Positions 19,852 through 32,664 are shown, counted from the first letter of the stretch. The stretch: 64,000 bases of DNA from an uncultured Planctomycetota bacterium (GCA_963845755.1 CAWJTV010000041.1:64001-128000), one strand, 5' to 3'. Program-made: numbers and translations. The notes: generated from the letters alone by a model not told the origin.

Positions 19852-22800
19852 ATGGACATCGACGAATCCGCATCACGTCTCGATCCGGTCAACGAACTGG
19901 CTGAAGAGTACCTGCGCCGCCGCCGCCGCGGCGAGCACCCCACCCACCTCGAGTACGCCGCACAATACCCCGAGCATGCCGGGCGAATCCTTGACCTGTT
20001 CCCGGCCCTCGAGTTGATCGAGAGGCTCAAGCCCACGCCGGAGGACCAGACCCGACTTTCGGACGATCCTCGCGAAGTCTGCGAGCCGGCCGGCACCGGC
20101 GGTCGCGTTCAGCGGCTGGGCGGCTACACGCTGCTCCGCGAGCTCGGTCGCGGCGGCATGGGGATCGTTTACGAGGCCGAGCACGAGTCGCTCAAGAACC
20201 GGGTGGCGCTGAAGGTCATGCACCCGCGGTTCCGGGCCGACCGGGACTCCCTGCGGCGCTTCCAGACCGAGGCGCGGTCGGCGGCGAAGTTGCACCACAC
20301 CAACATCGTGCCGGTCTTCGACTACGGCCAGCAGGACGGCGTCTGCTACTACGCGATGCAATACATCGACGGAGTCGGCCTGGAGCGGGTGCTGAAGGAC
20401 GTCCGCCGCCTCCGGGCCGCGACTGCCGCGACACCGAGGCCGGAATGGGCGGCGCGGGACAAGGGACAGTGATCGACGCGCGTACGGATCCATTAACGGG
20501 CATCTCCCTCGGCCTGCTGACGGGAGGGTTCGCCGATACATCGACGGCTCCGCTCGTCGCGGGGTCGGACGCGACGGAGATCGGGACGAGCGACGGCGCC
20601 CCGCCCGGAACCGACGGATTGGCCCCGCCCCCCTCCGGTGGCGGAGCGGAGCCGGGTAGCAACTCGTTCTCCGGTCAACGTGAGTCGGTTTACTTCCGCG
20701 AGGTCGCCCGCATAGGAGCCCAGGTCGCCGACGCGCTGGACTACGCCCATCGCCAGCGGGTGATCCACCGCGACATCAAGCCCTCGAATCTCCTGTTGGA
20801 CTGCCAAGGGAACGTCTGGGTCACCGACTTCGGCCTGGCCAAGCTGGTCGAGGGGGACGATCTCTCGCAGTCGCACGATCTGGTCGGCACCATGCGGTTC
20901 ATGGCCCCCGAGCGGTTCCAGGGGGTCACCGACCCGCTGGGCGACGTCTATTCGCTGGGTGCGACGCTCTACGAGCTCCTGACCCTGAAACCGGCCTTCT
21001 CCGAGCGGGACCAGGCCCGGCTCAGCGACCAGATCGCGCACCAGCCGCCTGTGTCCTTGCGGCAGCACGACCGCCGCATCCCTCGGGATCTGGAGACGAT
21101 CGTCCTCAAGGCATTGGCCAAGGACCCCAAGGACCGGTTCGTGTCGGCGGGGGAGCTGGGCGACGAGCTGCGTCGATACCTGGAGAGCCGGCCGATCCGC
21201 TCGCGCCCCATCCCGACCTCCGAGCGGCTCTGGCGGTGGTGCAAGCGCAACCCCGGCCTGGCCGCACTGAACGCCCTGGCCGCGACCCTGACCACCATCG
21301 TCGTGATCGTCTCGACCGTGGCGGCATGGACCTACCATGGGCAGCGCAACGAGCTTCGTTTCGAGCAGCGGCTGACCAAGGCGAGCCTCTCCCGGGCCGA
21401 GCATGCCGAGCATGAGGGCCGGCTCGCCCTGGGCCAGTCGCTGGTCACCGAGGGAGCGGCGCTGCAACGCACGGGGTTGATTGGCCAACGGTTCGAGAGC
21501 CTGGACCGGCTCGGCAAGGCCGCGAAGGTCCTGGTCGCCGACCCCGAGGGCCAGAAACGATTGCCCGAGATTCGCAACCATGCCATCACCGCCCTGGGTC
21601 TGACCGATCTCCGCGTGAGCCGACAGCACGACGTCGGCGACGTCTTCGAAGTCGATGTCGATGCCGCCTTTGAGCGGTACGCCGTTGTCGAGAGGTCCGG
21701 CGAGATCGTCGTGCGCCGGCTGGACGACGACCGTGTGCTGGCCCGACTACCCGGGCCAGAACGGAGCGATTTCTGGCATGCTTATCCCGCCTTCAGCCCG
21801 GACGGCGAACTGCTGGTTACCGGATACAACCTGACCGAAGGCAGAGGCAATCTGATGCGAGTCTGGCACCTGGGACACCGGGAACTGATCGGCAGCCTGA
21901 CGAGTCGGGGAAGTGCACGTTTCCACGCCGATGGCCGCCGCCTGTTGTTTGGTGCGATGGAGGGGGGCATCGCCGTCTGGGACCGCATCGAGCCGCCAGG
22001 TCGTCCGGCGGCTACCGATCGACTTCGGGGCGAACGGTCTGGCGATCGATCCCGAAGGCCGGCGCGTCGCCGTCAACGACTTCGATCTGGAGAACACAAA
22101 TGGGTCGGAGCCGCGGGTCGCGATCCTCGATCTCGAAACCGGCCGCGTGCTGTTCGACTGGCGGTCGCAGGTCGGCAAAGGCGGTCTGGCCTGGAGCGCC
22201 GATGGACAGTTGCTCGCGGTCGGCGGTCACCTCGGAGATGTCTACGTCTGGAACGTCCGACGCGGGGCCCTGAGTGCCGTGCTTCAGGGGCATAACGCTG
22301 CGGTCCTCCACGTCCGCTTCGCGCGGCACGGGCTACCTGCTCGCGACCTCCAGTTGGGATGGCACGACCCGGCTCTGGGACGGCGTCTCGGGTGAGCCCC
22401 TGGCGATGGCGCCGGGCATCGTACGAGGCTCGTTCGCCCCGGACGACCGCCGTCTGGCCTTCGTTGTGGGTGGGAAACTCGGCGTATGGGACGTAGCCGT
22501 GGCCCCGGAGTGTCGGACGCTTCACCCCGGCATGCTCGGTAACCGCTCCGAGACGCGGGAGAAGCCCGTAGGGATGGCGGCGGATGTGAGCCCTGACGGC
22601 AGGATGGTGGCGACCTCCGCCGGGGACGGCGTCCACCTCTGGGAGGCCGACACGGGACGCGAGGTGGCCCATCTCAAGTCCGGATCCAGCGACACCGTGC
22701 TGTTTCACCCCGACGGAGGAAGCCTCATTACCACCGGCGATTGTGGCCTGGATCGCTGGCCGATTCGGCCCGATTCCGAAGGTGGGGCCGGAGTGCTGCG

Positions 22801-24633
22801 GATCGGTCCGCCCGAGTTGCTGTCGGCGACCCGGGCCAAGGCGTTTCCCCGGGCGACCTGGCTCCCCGATCGCCGAACGCTGGCGCTGACCGACAACGAC
22901 AATGCCCGAATCTTGCTCATCGATTCCAGCCACCCTCACCCAGCCTGGAGCCGGGTAAGGGCCCTCGATAGCGCGAAGAATCGCGGCATGACCTCGGTCA
23001 GTGTCAGCCCGGATGGACACTGGCTGGCAGTCGGCGGCTTGAAGGAAGCCGGCGTTCGGGTTTGGGACCTGCGCCGGCGGCGGCTCGAGCGCATCCTGCG
23101 ACCGAAGGAGTCCGTCAGCATCCTGTCCTTCTCTGTCGGCTTCAGCCCCGACGGTCGAACGCTGGTTTCGAGCACAGCCTTTGGAGCGGGCCTGTTTTCC
23201 TACGAGTTCTGCGCGTGGGGACCTGGGAGCCTGATCTTCGGATCGACCAGGAGCGCAACGGGAATGCATTCTACCGCCCGGCGTTCACCAGCGACGGCCG
23301 GCTGATGGCTCTGGGAATCGCGCCCGATCAGGTCATGCTGGCCGATGCCGCTACGGGACGAGAGCTAGCACGGCTGACGACCTTGCACCCGGTGACCCCG
23401 ACACCGCTCGTCTTCAGCCCCGACGGCACGAAGCTCATCGCGAGGACGAACCAAAGCAGCGTGCTGGTGTGGGACCTACGGCAGATCCGTGACCACCTCG
23501 GGCTGCTGGGGCTGGACTGGGACGCTCCACCGTATCCGACTGTCCCGGTCTCGCGCGACGCCCTTGGTCCGGTGCCCCCGCCGAGAGCGGTACGCGTGGT
23601 CGGCGAAGTCCTCGAGCCCCAGGCGCAGCGCGCCGCCGAATGGGCCGAGATGAACCGCCGCCTCACCGCCAACCCTGACGATACGGAAGCTCTGATCCAC
23701 CGCGGCTGGTTGTTCACTCAGCAGACGAAGTGGCCCGAAGCGATTACCGACCTCGAGCATCTGCTCCGGCTGCGCCCGGGCGATACCGACGCGTCCTGGC
23801 TCCTGGCCGAGGCGTACCTGGAAACGGGGAAACTGGCCGGCGCACTATCGGCCTTCAGCCGCTTGCTCGAACGAGCTCCTGAGGACCACGAGGCCCGATT
23901 CCAGCGCGGTCTGGTCGCGCTGGCCCTCGCCCAGCCCGTCCTGGCCGTGGACGACTTCAGCCGTGTCCTCGCCCACGAGCCGGAGCTGGACGATGCGCGC
24001 TACCGCCGGGCGCGGGCTCTGATCCGGCTGGGCCGGCACCGCGAGGCACTGGCCGACCTCGACCTCCTCATCCCGAAAGCCCCGGACAACTTCGTGCTAT
24101 ACGACCTCCGCGGCATCGTCCGCGAGGCCCTCGGCGACCACGAGCCATCCCGTGCCGATCGAGAAAAGGCTGGCTCGTTGCTGCCGAAAATCCCGAGCGC
24201 GCTCAACAGTCGGGCCTGGATCGACGCGACCGGCCCGTTCATCCAGCGCGACCCCGAGCGGGCTGTCGTGTTGGCGCGGCGAGCCGTCGGACTGGCTCCC
24301 GGCGACCATGTGATTCTCAATACTCTGGGTGTGGCTCTGTATCGCGCGGGTCAGTACGCCGAGGCGACCTTGATCCTGGAGCGGAGTCGCGCCGCGGGGA
24401 AGGGTGAGTTCGAAGCATTCGACTTGTTCTTCCTGGCGATGGCCCACCACCAACTGGGACACTGCCAAGAGGCGCGAGTCTGCTACGACCAAGCCGTGCG
24501 TTGGCTGGATGCACAGAAGAGCCTGCGCGACAAGTACGCCAGGGAATTGGCCAGGTTCCGCGCGGAGGCCCAGGCGGTCCTGGCCGGTTCCGCCGCTGAT
24601 CGACCCGTTAACGACTCCGCGGATCCGGAATAG
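19852..24633 (+). CDS. Ser/Thr protein kinase with TM, WD40 and TPR repeats (about 4 frameshifts)
   Basis: LGRGGMGIVY, VALK, HRDIKPSN, DFG and APE motifs; TM segment; FSPDG...VWD repeats; C-terminal TPRs with NTLGVALYRAG/DLFFLAMAH. Spans ORFs starting 19852, 20445, 21913, 22274 and 23062. Confidence 0.88.
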
Positions 24634-24889
24634 ATCACCGAGCCCGTCGATGAGAGATCGTCCTCACTCCCCTTTCGTTGCCGGCATGCATCGGGTCGCT
24701 ATCCTCGCGCCGGCGAGAAAGCTCCTCACGGAGGTTACAGGCTGTTTCAAGAGGAGGACTGGCTCCGAGTCTTCGAAGTGGCCTGGACCCCGGCCGGCTA
24801 ATCCGGCAAGTGAACGAGTCCGGAGGCTAGACCTAAGTCGCCGGCCGTGATTTCCTTGCACTCTTTGGGGTTCGGAGGCGGTTCCGAGA

Positions 24890-24954
24890 GGCGAGCGGGG
24901 GGCGTCAGCCCCTGTCTGATCGACCTGACAGGGGGTTGACGCCCCCCGCTCGCC
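24890..24954. repeat. REP-like inverted repeat pair
   Basis: GGCGAGCGGGGGGCGTCAGCCCCTGTC, 10-nt loop, GACAGGGGGTTGACGCCCCCCGCTCGCC. Confidence 0.75.
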
Positions 24955-25115
24955 CGGGACCCAGTGCTGGATAACTCTGGCCAGGTGCTTACGCGGTTCC
25001 CAGCCGCCGGCCCGAAAGTCCGATCGTCGGGGCCGATCGTCCACAGGCCCGGGGCGGTCTTTTCCAAAGTCGGTCTCCGGAGGCTCCGATGCAGGATAGG
25101 CCGTCATGCAGGATG

Positions 25116-25158
25116 AATATCTGAAAATCACCGGAGTCTCTGGACAAACGGGGCCGGC
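25116..25158 (+). promoter_or_regulatory. Putative ECF upstream/promoter motif, copy 2 (no gene downstream)
   Basis: 36/43 identical to 19474-19516, with weaker similarity extending about 90 nt upstream. Confidence 0.35.
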
Positions 25159-25188
25159 GCGCATTTAACTTGACCACCGGGCCGCGCG

Positions 25189-25431
25189 TTAAAGCTCGAC
25201 GATGGATTCTGACAGCGGCATTTGATTGCTGGCGCGTAGGCCGGTGATCGTCAATTGGAGCGACTTTCCCTTCTGGGAGCGGCCCAGCGAGAGCGTGACC
25301 GAGTCAGTGCCCGGAATGTACGACGCCGACAGGATGGGCACGACTTTGATCTTCTTCTTGTCGATCCTCTGTGTAATTCGGTAATTTCCCGTGTTCTGGG
25401 CGGTTTCGGCGTCGAGGGCACTGCTAAGCAC
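25189..25431 (-). pseudogene. Orphan C-terminal domain of a planctomycete extracellular protein
   Basis: SSALDAETAQNTGNYRI...VPILSASYIPGTDSVTLSL resembles C-terminal domains of large planctomycete surface proteins; no credible N-terminus. Confidence 0.4.
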
Positions 25432-25642
25432 CGTGCGAGCCGCTTCCCCGGGATTTCAGCTCGACGACCCCGTGGGCCGGCCAGGAATCTGGACCATTCT
25501 CGGCATCGACCGCACCTTGCTCGACGAGATCACGCGGCTGCGATGACCACGTCCTCGACCGACTTATTCCCCAGTCGCCCTGGAGCAACATTGCGATCGC
25601 ACGACGAGCCTTGGGGGGTTGCCTGGCCGTTCGGATATGATC

Positions 25643-28426
25643 TCATGGCGATACAGCGACTCCTTCTCTCGCTCTCTTCCCATCCGCGGGGACCGCTCCG
25701 ATCGCTGAGGTGGTGCCCGATTCGCCGGGCACGATCGTCTCCCGGAGCCGACCGCTGGCGGTGTCCCAGACCTTCACCGTCTGGTCCGCGCTGCCGGAAG
25801 CGAGGGTCTTGCCGTCGGGCGAGAAGACCAGGGCCCAGATGGTGTTGTTATGCCCCCTCAGCCGTCGCACCTCGGACCGAGTGGAAACATCCCAGAGGAT
25901 GATCTGGGTCGGCAGCAACTTGTAGTGAGGGAGATCGCTCTCGCCGTCGCCGACGGCCAGAAGCTTGCTGTCGGGCGAGAACCGAACGCAGAGCATTTCC
26001 GGGAAATGCTGGATCTGGCCGCTTTCCTTCCAGGTGGCCGTGTCCCAGAGCCTCGCAGTTGTGCCGCCCGCCGAGGCGAGCCATTTGCCGTCGGGGGAGA
26101 AGTCCAGCGACCAGATGGCGTGATGATGCCCCTCCAGGGTGGCCTTGAGTTGTCGAGTCGCCAGGTCGTAGACCTGGATGGTGTTCGCCTCGCCCCCGAC
26201 CGCCAACATTGATCCATCCGGGCTGACAGCGAGGGTCCAGATCCGTCGCGGATACCTCAGTGGCTGGCGATTGGCCAGGGTGTCCGGACCATGGAACCGG
26301 ACCCAGCCGTCCCAGTCTCCGACGGCGAGAATCGTGCTCTTGGGAAGGAACGCCAGGGCATTGATGGGCGAGCCCTGGTTCTCGCTGTGGTGGATCTTCC
26401 ACGCGCTTCCGTTTTCGAAGATCGTCAAGGTCCCGTCGAAGTTTCCCGCGGCCATGGTTTGGCCGTCCGATGAGAAGGCCACGCTCCGATAACCGGCAGG
26501 GTGCTGGAACCAGACGGCATCCCGGTGTTGCGAAAGATCCCAGACCCGGAGCATCGACTCGGGCTGGTCGGCTCCTTGCTGGCCAATCGCCAGGCGGCGA
26601 CCGTCCGGCGAGAAGGCGAGAGTCCAGACCATGTCGCGAGTCCAGGCTGGGTGTCCCGGATCGATCATCTGGCGCTTACGCTCGGACTTGTCGATGGAAG
26701 AGCCACTCGGCAGATTTGGCTCGCTCGGGAAGATCATCCCGGACGAATTACGCCCGAGCCTGACTGTCGTCTCACCGGTCGAGGGCCCGGAGAGCGGCTG
26801 CGTTCCCGAAGGCCGGACGGTCGCGGCCCCGAGATTCTCGAGAGCCGGCTCGAACTCGATGTTGACGATCTCCTTCCCACCCTGAGTGATGGCGACCAAC
26901 TGGTCGCGAACTGCCTTGCCATCCTTGATCGCTTTAACGCGGTGGTAGCCGGCGCGGAGCCGGACCTCCTGCGGCCCGGCGCCGCCGATGACCACGGTGT
27001 CGCCGTCGATCTGCACCTTCACCTTCGGATCGTCGACCTTGACGACCAGCGTCCCGTCCGGCGTCTTGATGCGAAAGATCGTGGCCACGAAGTTCGAGAC
27101 CTGGGTCAACCCCATCGCTTCCGTGACGCCGAGCGCACTCATGGTTAGCAGAAGGATCGCGGCGGCCATAGGCAACCGCCGAAGTGTGCGAGGCCACGGC
27201 GTGGTCGGGGGCGGCTTCAGTTCGAGACCACTCGCCTGGGAACTCTTGACCCTGGCAACCACCGGCGGCGGCTGGATTGTCGGCTGCTGGAGATGGGCGA
27301 GCCCTCTTTCCAGCAGGTCGGCCACCTCGGCGGCTGTCTGGAACCGGTCGGCCGGCTCCTTGGCCAGGAGCCGATCGATGGTCGCTTCGAGCCAGTCGGG
27401 CACGTCGGGGTTGAGCTCACGAATCGATCGATGCCGATCGTCGCAGACGCGCCTGAGAACGGCCATCGCCGAGTCCGCCCGGAACGGCGACCGGCCCGAC
27501 GCCATCGCGTACAGCGCCGCCCCGAGCGCGAAGAGATCGGCGCGCGCGTTCGACCGGCTCGCCTCGGGCCTGCTCCGGGGCCATGTATTGCGGCGTTCCC
27601 GCGATGAGGCCGCTCTGGGTCAGGCTGGCGTCGTCGATGGCCCTGGCCAGGCCGAAGTCGGTGAGCTTGACCCGCTCGACACAGTTCTCCAGCAGGATGT
27701 TCGCCGGTTTGATGTCGCGGTGCACAACTCCCTGGGCATGAGCGGCCGCCAAGGCGTGGGCCGCCTGCGTGCCGATCCTCAAGATCTCCCGCACTTCCAG
27801 CGGCCCTGACGCGTCGAGTTTCTCCTGGAGCGAACGGCCGGGAACATACTGCATGACGAGATAAGGCAACCCGCGAAACTCGTCGAACGGCATGGATCGC
27901 CACGATATGCTCGTGTCCCACCGCAGCGATGGCCCGGGCCTCGCGGGCAAACCGGCGGCGGGCGGTGGCGCCGTGGGACAGCATGGGGCTCAGCACCTTG
28001 ATCGCCACGGTCCGCTCGAGCACCGGGTCGCGCGCCTTGAGGACGACGCCCATCCCGCCTCGGCCCAGGACTTCGAGGACTTCATACGAGCCCAGGCGAC
28101 CGACGGTCTCCGGGCGAGTGGGATCGGGTGGGTCGAGGAAGCCGAGCCAGGCGTCGTCAAGGTCGGCGCATTCCTCCTCGCTCCCGGTCTCCGGGAGACC
28201 ATCGGGAAGGAGACCGGACGGCGGAGCACCCGGAGATGGCTCGCCACGGAGCAACATGGCATCACCCCAGTATCGGCTGGCAGCCGCCATCGCCTCGAGC
28301 GCCTCGGCGACAGTCCAGGCAGCACTCCAGGTGGCCGGCCAGCTCGGTTTGCTGGGCGTCGGACAGCCTGTCTTCCAGCGAGAGGCGCAAGCGATTGCGG
28401 TCGCATTCGTATGGTCGCGAGGCCAT
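25643..28426 (-). CDS. Ser/Thr kinase with N-terminal zinc (HxxxCxxC) motif, TM and WD40 repeats (about 3 frameshifts)
   Basis: MASRPYECD...AGHLECCLDCR; LGRGGMGVVL, HRDIKPAN, DFG and APE motifs; TM segment; WD40 GHNNTIWALVFSPDGKTLASGSADQTVKVWD. Confidence 0.88.
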
Positions 28427-28454
28427 GTGATTCCACCCCCTATGTGAGTGATTG

Positions 28455-29060
28455 CTAGGAAACGGATTCCCCTTCGACCTGTTCGATGATCGACTTGAGC
28501 CGGGCCATCACCCGGCTCCGGGCGATGTAGACCGCCCCGACCGAGATCCCGCTCGCCTGGGCCGCGGTCCGCGGGTCTTGTCCCTCGACCGCAGTCAGCC
28601 AGAACGCCTGCCAGGTCGATGCTCGAAATTCGTCGCGAACCTGATCGGCCGCCCAGTGGAAGACCCGTCGGCGATACTCGACGTCAAAAAGGGCGGTCTC
28701 CGCGCCGTCGGGCGCCGGCACGCGGTCCAGCAGTTCCTGAACTTCCGAATCGCCCGTAGCCTGGGGGCGGACGCGGCGGGCGGCCAGCAGGTTGATCATC
28801 AGGTTGCGGGCGATCCGGAACAACCAGCTCCGAAACGAGCCGCGCCACGGGTCCGGGTCGAAGCGGTCGATCGCGCCGGCCACGGCCCCAAAGACCTCTT
28901 GCACGAGGTCGGCGGCATCCGCCGATTGCAACCCTCTGGCGCGTGCCAGGCGCTCGATGAGTGGCGTATAGATCGCCACGAACTCGGCCCAGGCCCGCTC
29001 GTCGCGCGGGTCCTTGAGCCGAGCCAGCAGACTCTGCCGCGTCGCGGGCGAATCGGTCAT
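28455..29060 (-). CDS. ECF sigma-70 factor
   Basis: TRQSLLARLKDPRDERAWAEFVAIYTPLI, DAADLVQEVF, GSFRSWLFRIARN, GISVGAVYIARSRVMARL; GGAGG RBS. Confidence 0.93.
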   Translation of the reverse strand: MTDSPATRQSLLARLKDPRDERAWAEFVAIYTPLIERLARARGLQSADAADLVQEVFGAVAGAIDRFDPDPWRGSFRSWLFRIARNLMINLLAARRVRPQATGDSEVQELLDRVPAPDGAETALFDVEYRRRVFHWAADQVRDEFRASTWQAFWLTAVEGQDPRTAAQASGISVGAVYIARSRVMARLKSIIEQVEGESVS

Positions 29061-29611
29061 ACGGTCCCTCCATAAGGGTACACAGGCGGTCTCGCAGTTT
29101 CTTTCAACCCGCCGCCCCGATTATTGGGCAATACGTGAAGAACATTGAGTCGCGGGTCGGTAGGCGAGTCTCGAGGGTGATGGACGACGATCACTAAGTC
29201 CGCCTCATATTTTAGTTTAAATCGCTTGTGCGGTCGCGTTTCGTCCGCCGGTTCCGGCTTCGCGCCGATTGTGCAACTCCGATTCGGCATCAGGAGTTCG
29301 CAATAAGTTTTTGACGTTTCCAGGAGGCGGTGCCAACGAGTACTGGAACGGCGTGGTCCGCTTTCGTCCTGGCGCAAACTGGCCATCGCGCTGAATGTGT
29401 TGGTTGGTACAATGGAGGGCAGAGCAAGATCGTCGGGAAACGGAGGTCTTTCCCCGGAAGGGACCAGGAGGATGGACTGGAAGATCGCCGCCATCATCCG
29501 GGTGCATACCGCAACGCTCCTCTCGTGCAATCTCGTGGATTTCCGAAAGGTCCCCGGTTGAAGGTCGAGGACCGGACCTTGTAGATCATCGGCGAAGCCC
29601 TACCTACTTAA

Positions 29612-31173
29612 ATGACGTCCGTTCCCAAGCCTCCTCCTCCTCACATCGTGATCGTCGGCGGCGGGCTGGCCGGCCTGGCGGTCGCGTCGAGCCTCGTGGA
29701 TCGCGGCCTGCGCATCACGCTCCTGGAAAGCCGCCCGCGGCTGGGCGGCCGGGCCAGCTCGTTCCCCGATCCGGTGACCGGCGAACTCGTCAACAACTGC
29801 CAGCACGTGAGCATGGCTTGCTGTACGAATCTGGCGGACTTCTGCCGGCGAGTCGGCATCGATACGATGCTTCGCCGCGAGCCCGCGTTGATCTTCCTCG
29901 GCCCCGAGGGCGCGATCTCGCGGTTCCGCACCGGACCAGGGCCGGCGCCGTTCCATCTGGCCGGCAGTTTCCTCTCGGCGCGGTTCCTGGGCCTGCGCGA
30001 CAAGCTGCGCGTGGCCTACGGGCTGGCTTGCCTGGCCTGGAGCCGCGACGATCGGCCCGGCGAGTCGTTCGCCGACTGGCTCTTGCGGCACGGCCAGACC
30101 TTGCGAGCCATCAACCTGTTCTGGGGTGCCGTGCTCGTCTCGGCGTTGAACGAGCGGCTCGACCAGATGGACGTCGGCCATGCCCGCAAGGTGTTCCTCG
30201 ACGGGTTTCTCCGCAACCGGACGGGTTTTCAGTTGGAGCTGCCCTTGGTCCCGCTGGGCGAGCTCTACGGCACGCGGCTGGAGGCGCTGGTTGGGCGATC
30301 GTGGCGTCGCGGTCCGGCTGACGACGGGGGCCCGCGCAGTTCGAGCCGGATAACGATGGTGCGACCGGCGGCGTGGTCCTCCGGTCGGGCGAGTTTCTCG
30401 CCGCCGACTTCGTCATCCTGGCCGTCCCGTTCGACCGGGTTCCGGACCTCATCCCCGCGGAGTTGAGGGATCGCATACCGACGGTGGCACATCTCAGTGC
30501 GATGCAGGCCGCGCCCATAACGGGCGTCCACCTCTGGTTCGACCGGCCGGTCTGTCCGTTCGACCACGTCGTGACGCCGGGCCGGCTGATTCAGTGGGTG
30601 TTCAACCACACGGCGATCCAGGGCCGGACGGCGCCCGTGGAGATGACGGATACGCCCGCGACGATCCCCGGTGGCGGTCAGTACCTGCAAGTGGTGATCA
30701 GCGCATCGTACGACCTGCTGTCGCTCGACAAGCTGACGATCCGGGACCGTGTGCTCGCGGAGCTGGCCGAGATCTGGCCGGTGGCCCAGTCGGCGAACCT
30801 GCTGCGATGGTGGGTCGTGACGGAGCACGGAGCGACCTTCGCGGTCCGGCCGGGCATCGAGACGCTTCGCCCGCCGCAGCGGACGCCGATTGACGGCTTC
30901 TTCCTGGCCGGCGACTGGACCGACACCGGCTGGCCGGCCACGATGGAAGGAGCCGTCCGCAGTGGCTACCTGGCCGCCCAGGAGATCCTCAAGGACCTCG
31001 ATCGGCCCACCCGGCTGATCCGCCCGGGGCTCAGGTCGGGCGCGTTGCCGCGCTGGCTCTTCGGTTCGGCCGAGTTCCGGCCCGCCCGATCCCCGTTGCC
31101 ACCGCCGGTTGCTGACGAACCGTCGACGGCCGCCATTCCCCATCCGCTTCCCGTCCCGACCGAGGGCCGCTGA
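29612..31173 (+). CDS. hpnE: Hydroxysqualene dehydroxylase HpnE (frameshift near 30290-30340)
   Basis: IVGGGLAGLA Rossmann motif, LGGRASSF, NCQHVSMACCTN, SALNE, ATF, FLAGDWTDTGWPATMEGAVRSG. Confidence 0.92.
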
Positions 31174-31278
31174 GCAGGTCTCCCGGTCTGCCAGGTTTGC
31201 CGGAAAGTTGGACGCGCCTGGCCGTCGGCGCCCACTATATGAGGAATCTGACCAGACGAGGAGCCGGGGAGAAGGTCC

Positions 31279-32664
31279 ATGCGCGCTGGATCGTCGCGGG
31301 ACGTACTCAGGAATCTGCGGACCCTCTATCGATGCGGGGTGGTCGGGTCGCTGAGCGACGAGCAGTTGCTGGACCGATTCGTTGCGGTGTCGCGACGAGA
31401 CGGCGGAAGAGGCGTTCACCGAACTGGTTCAGCGGCATGGAGCGATGGTCCTGGGTGTCTGCCGTCGCATCCTCGGCGACGCACACGAGGCGGAGGACGC
31501 GTTCCAGGCGACGTTCCTCGTCCTGGCGCGGAAGGCGTCCTCGGTCGTGCGGCGCGAGAAGGTCGCGAACTGGCTCTACGGGGTCGCCGTCCGTACGGCC
31601 AGGGAGGCCCTCGGCCGCGCCGCGCGACGCCGGTCGAGGGAGGAGCGGGTGAGCACACCGATTCATGTCGAGCCTCCCGACGACGGATGACCGGAGGAGC
31701 TGCGGGCGATCCTGGATGAAGAGCTCGCCCGGCTCCCGGCGCGGTATCGGGGGCCCGTGGTCCTCTGCGAGCTCGAGGGCCTGTCGCGCCCGGAGGCGGC
31801 GCGTCGACTTCGGCATCCCCGAGGGGACGCTCTCCAGCCGGCTGGCGCGGGCCAAGGCCCAGTTGCGCGACCGACTGGCTCGTCGGGGAATGACGATCCC
31901 GGTCGTCGCCCTCTCGACCGCCATGCTCCGCGAAGCCCAGGCCATCACGCTGACTGGTTCACTCATCGAGGCGACCGTGCAAGCCGCGACGACCGTCGCG
32001 GCCGGTCCCTCCGCGGCTGCGGCCATCTCGGTCTCGGTCGCCTCTCTCACTGAAGGAGTCCTCAAAGCCATGCTGGTTGCCAAACTGAAAGGGATCGTTC
32101 TGGGAATCGGCGCCATGACCGCGGTCGTCTCCGGAGCGGTCGTGCTGGCGCAGCAATCGGTCCGTAGCCGAAAGCCGCGCCGTTGCCGGCCGAGCCCCTT
32201 GCTTCACAAGGTGGTGCCTTCCGTCATCCGAGACCGACCGGACGGCTGCCCTGGAGAAGAAGCTCGACCGGGTCCTCGCCGCCCTGGAACGACTGTCGAA
32301 GCCGGCAGCCCGTGAACTCGGAGCCCTGCATCCCGCCCCACCGCCAATGCCGGCGCCGGTTGAGCCGTTAGAGCCGCCCCTGCCGGCATCGCCGTCTGCG
32401 TTACCGATCGAGCCGGATTCGACGGTTGATGAGGCCATTTCTGTCTCCACGAAGGGCTGTTCCGATTCCGAGGAACCAGGGTTCCATCACCGATCGCCTC
32501 AAGGCCGTGGAGCGAGGCTGGACCAGTTAGAGCAAGTCACGGTGCAGCTCAAAGCGGAAGTGGCCGAGTTCCGGAGACGGCTTGGCGGAGCCCCATCGCC
32601 AGCGCCTGTTCCACCCAACCGACCATGCCTCCGTCCGCGAGCAGTCCCGGCGATCAAACGTTGA
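31279..32664 (+). CDS. ECF sigma factor with long C-terminal extension (several frameshifts; 3' end uncertain)
   Basis: [62 protein letters not shown] and [10 protein letters not shown] motifs, then a TM segment and a coiled-coil/Pro-rich tail. Confidence 0.8.
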
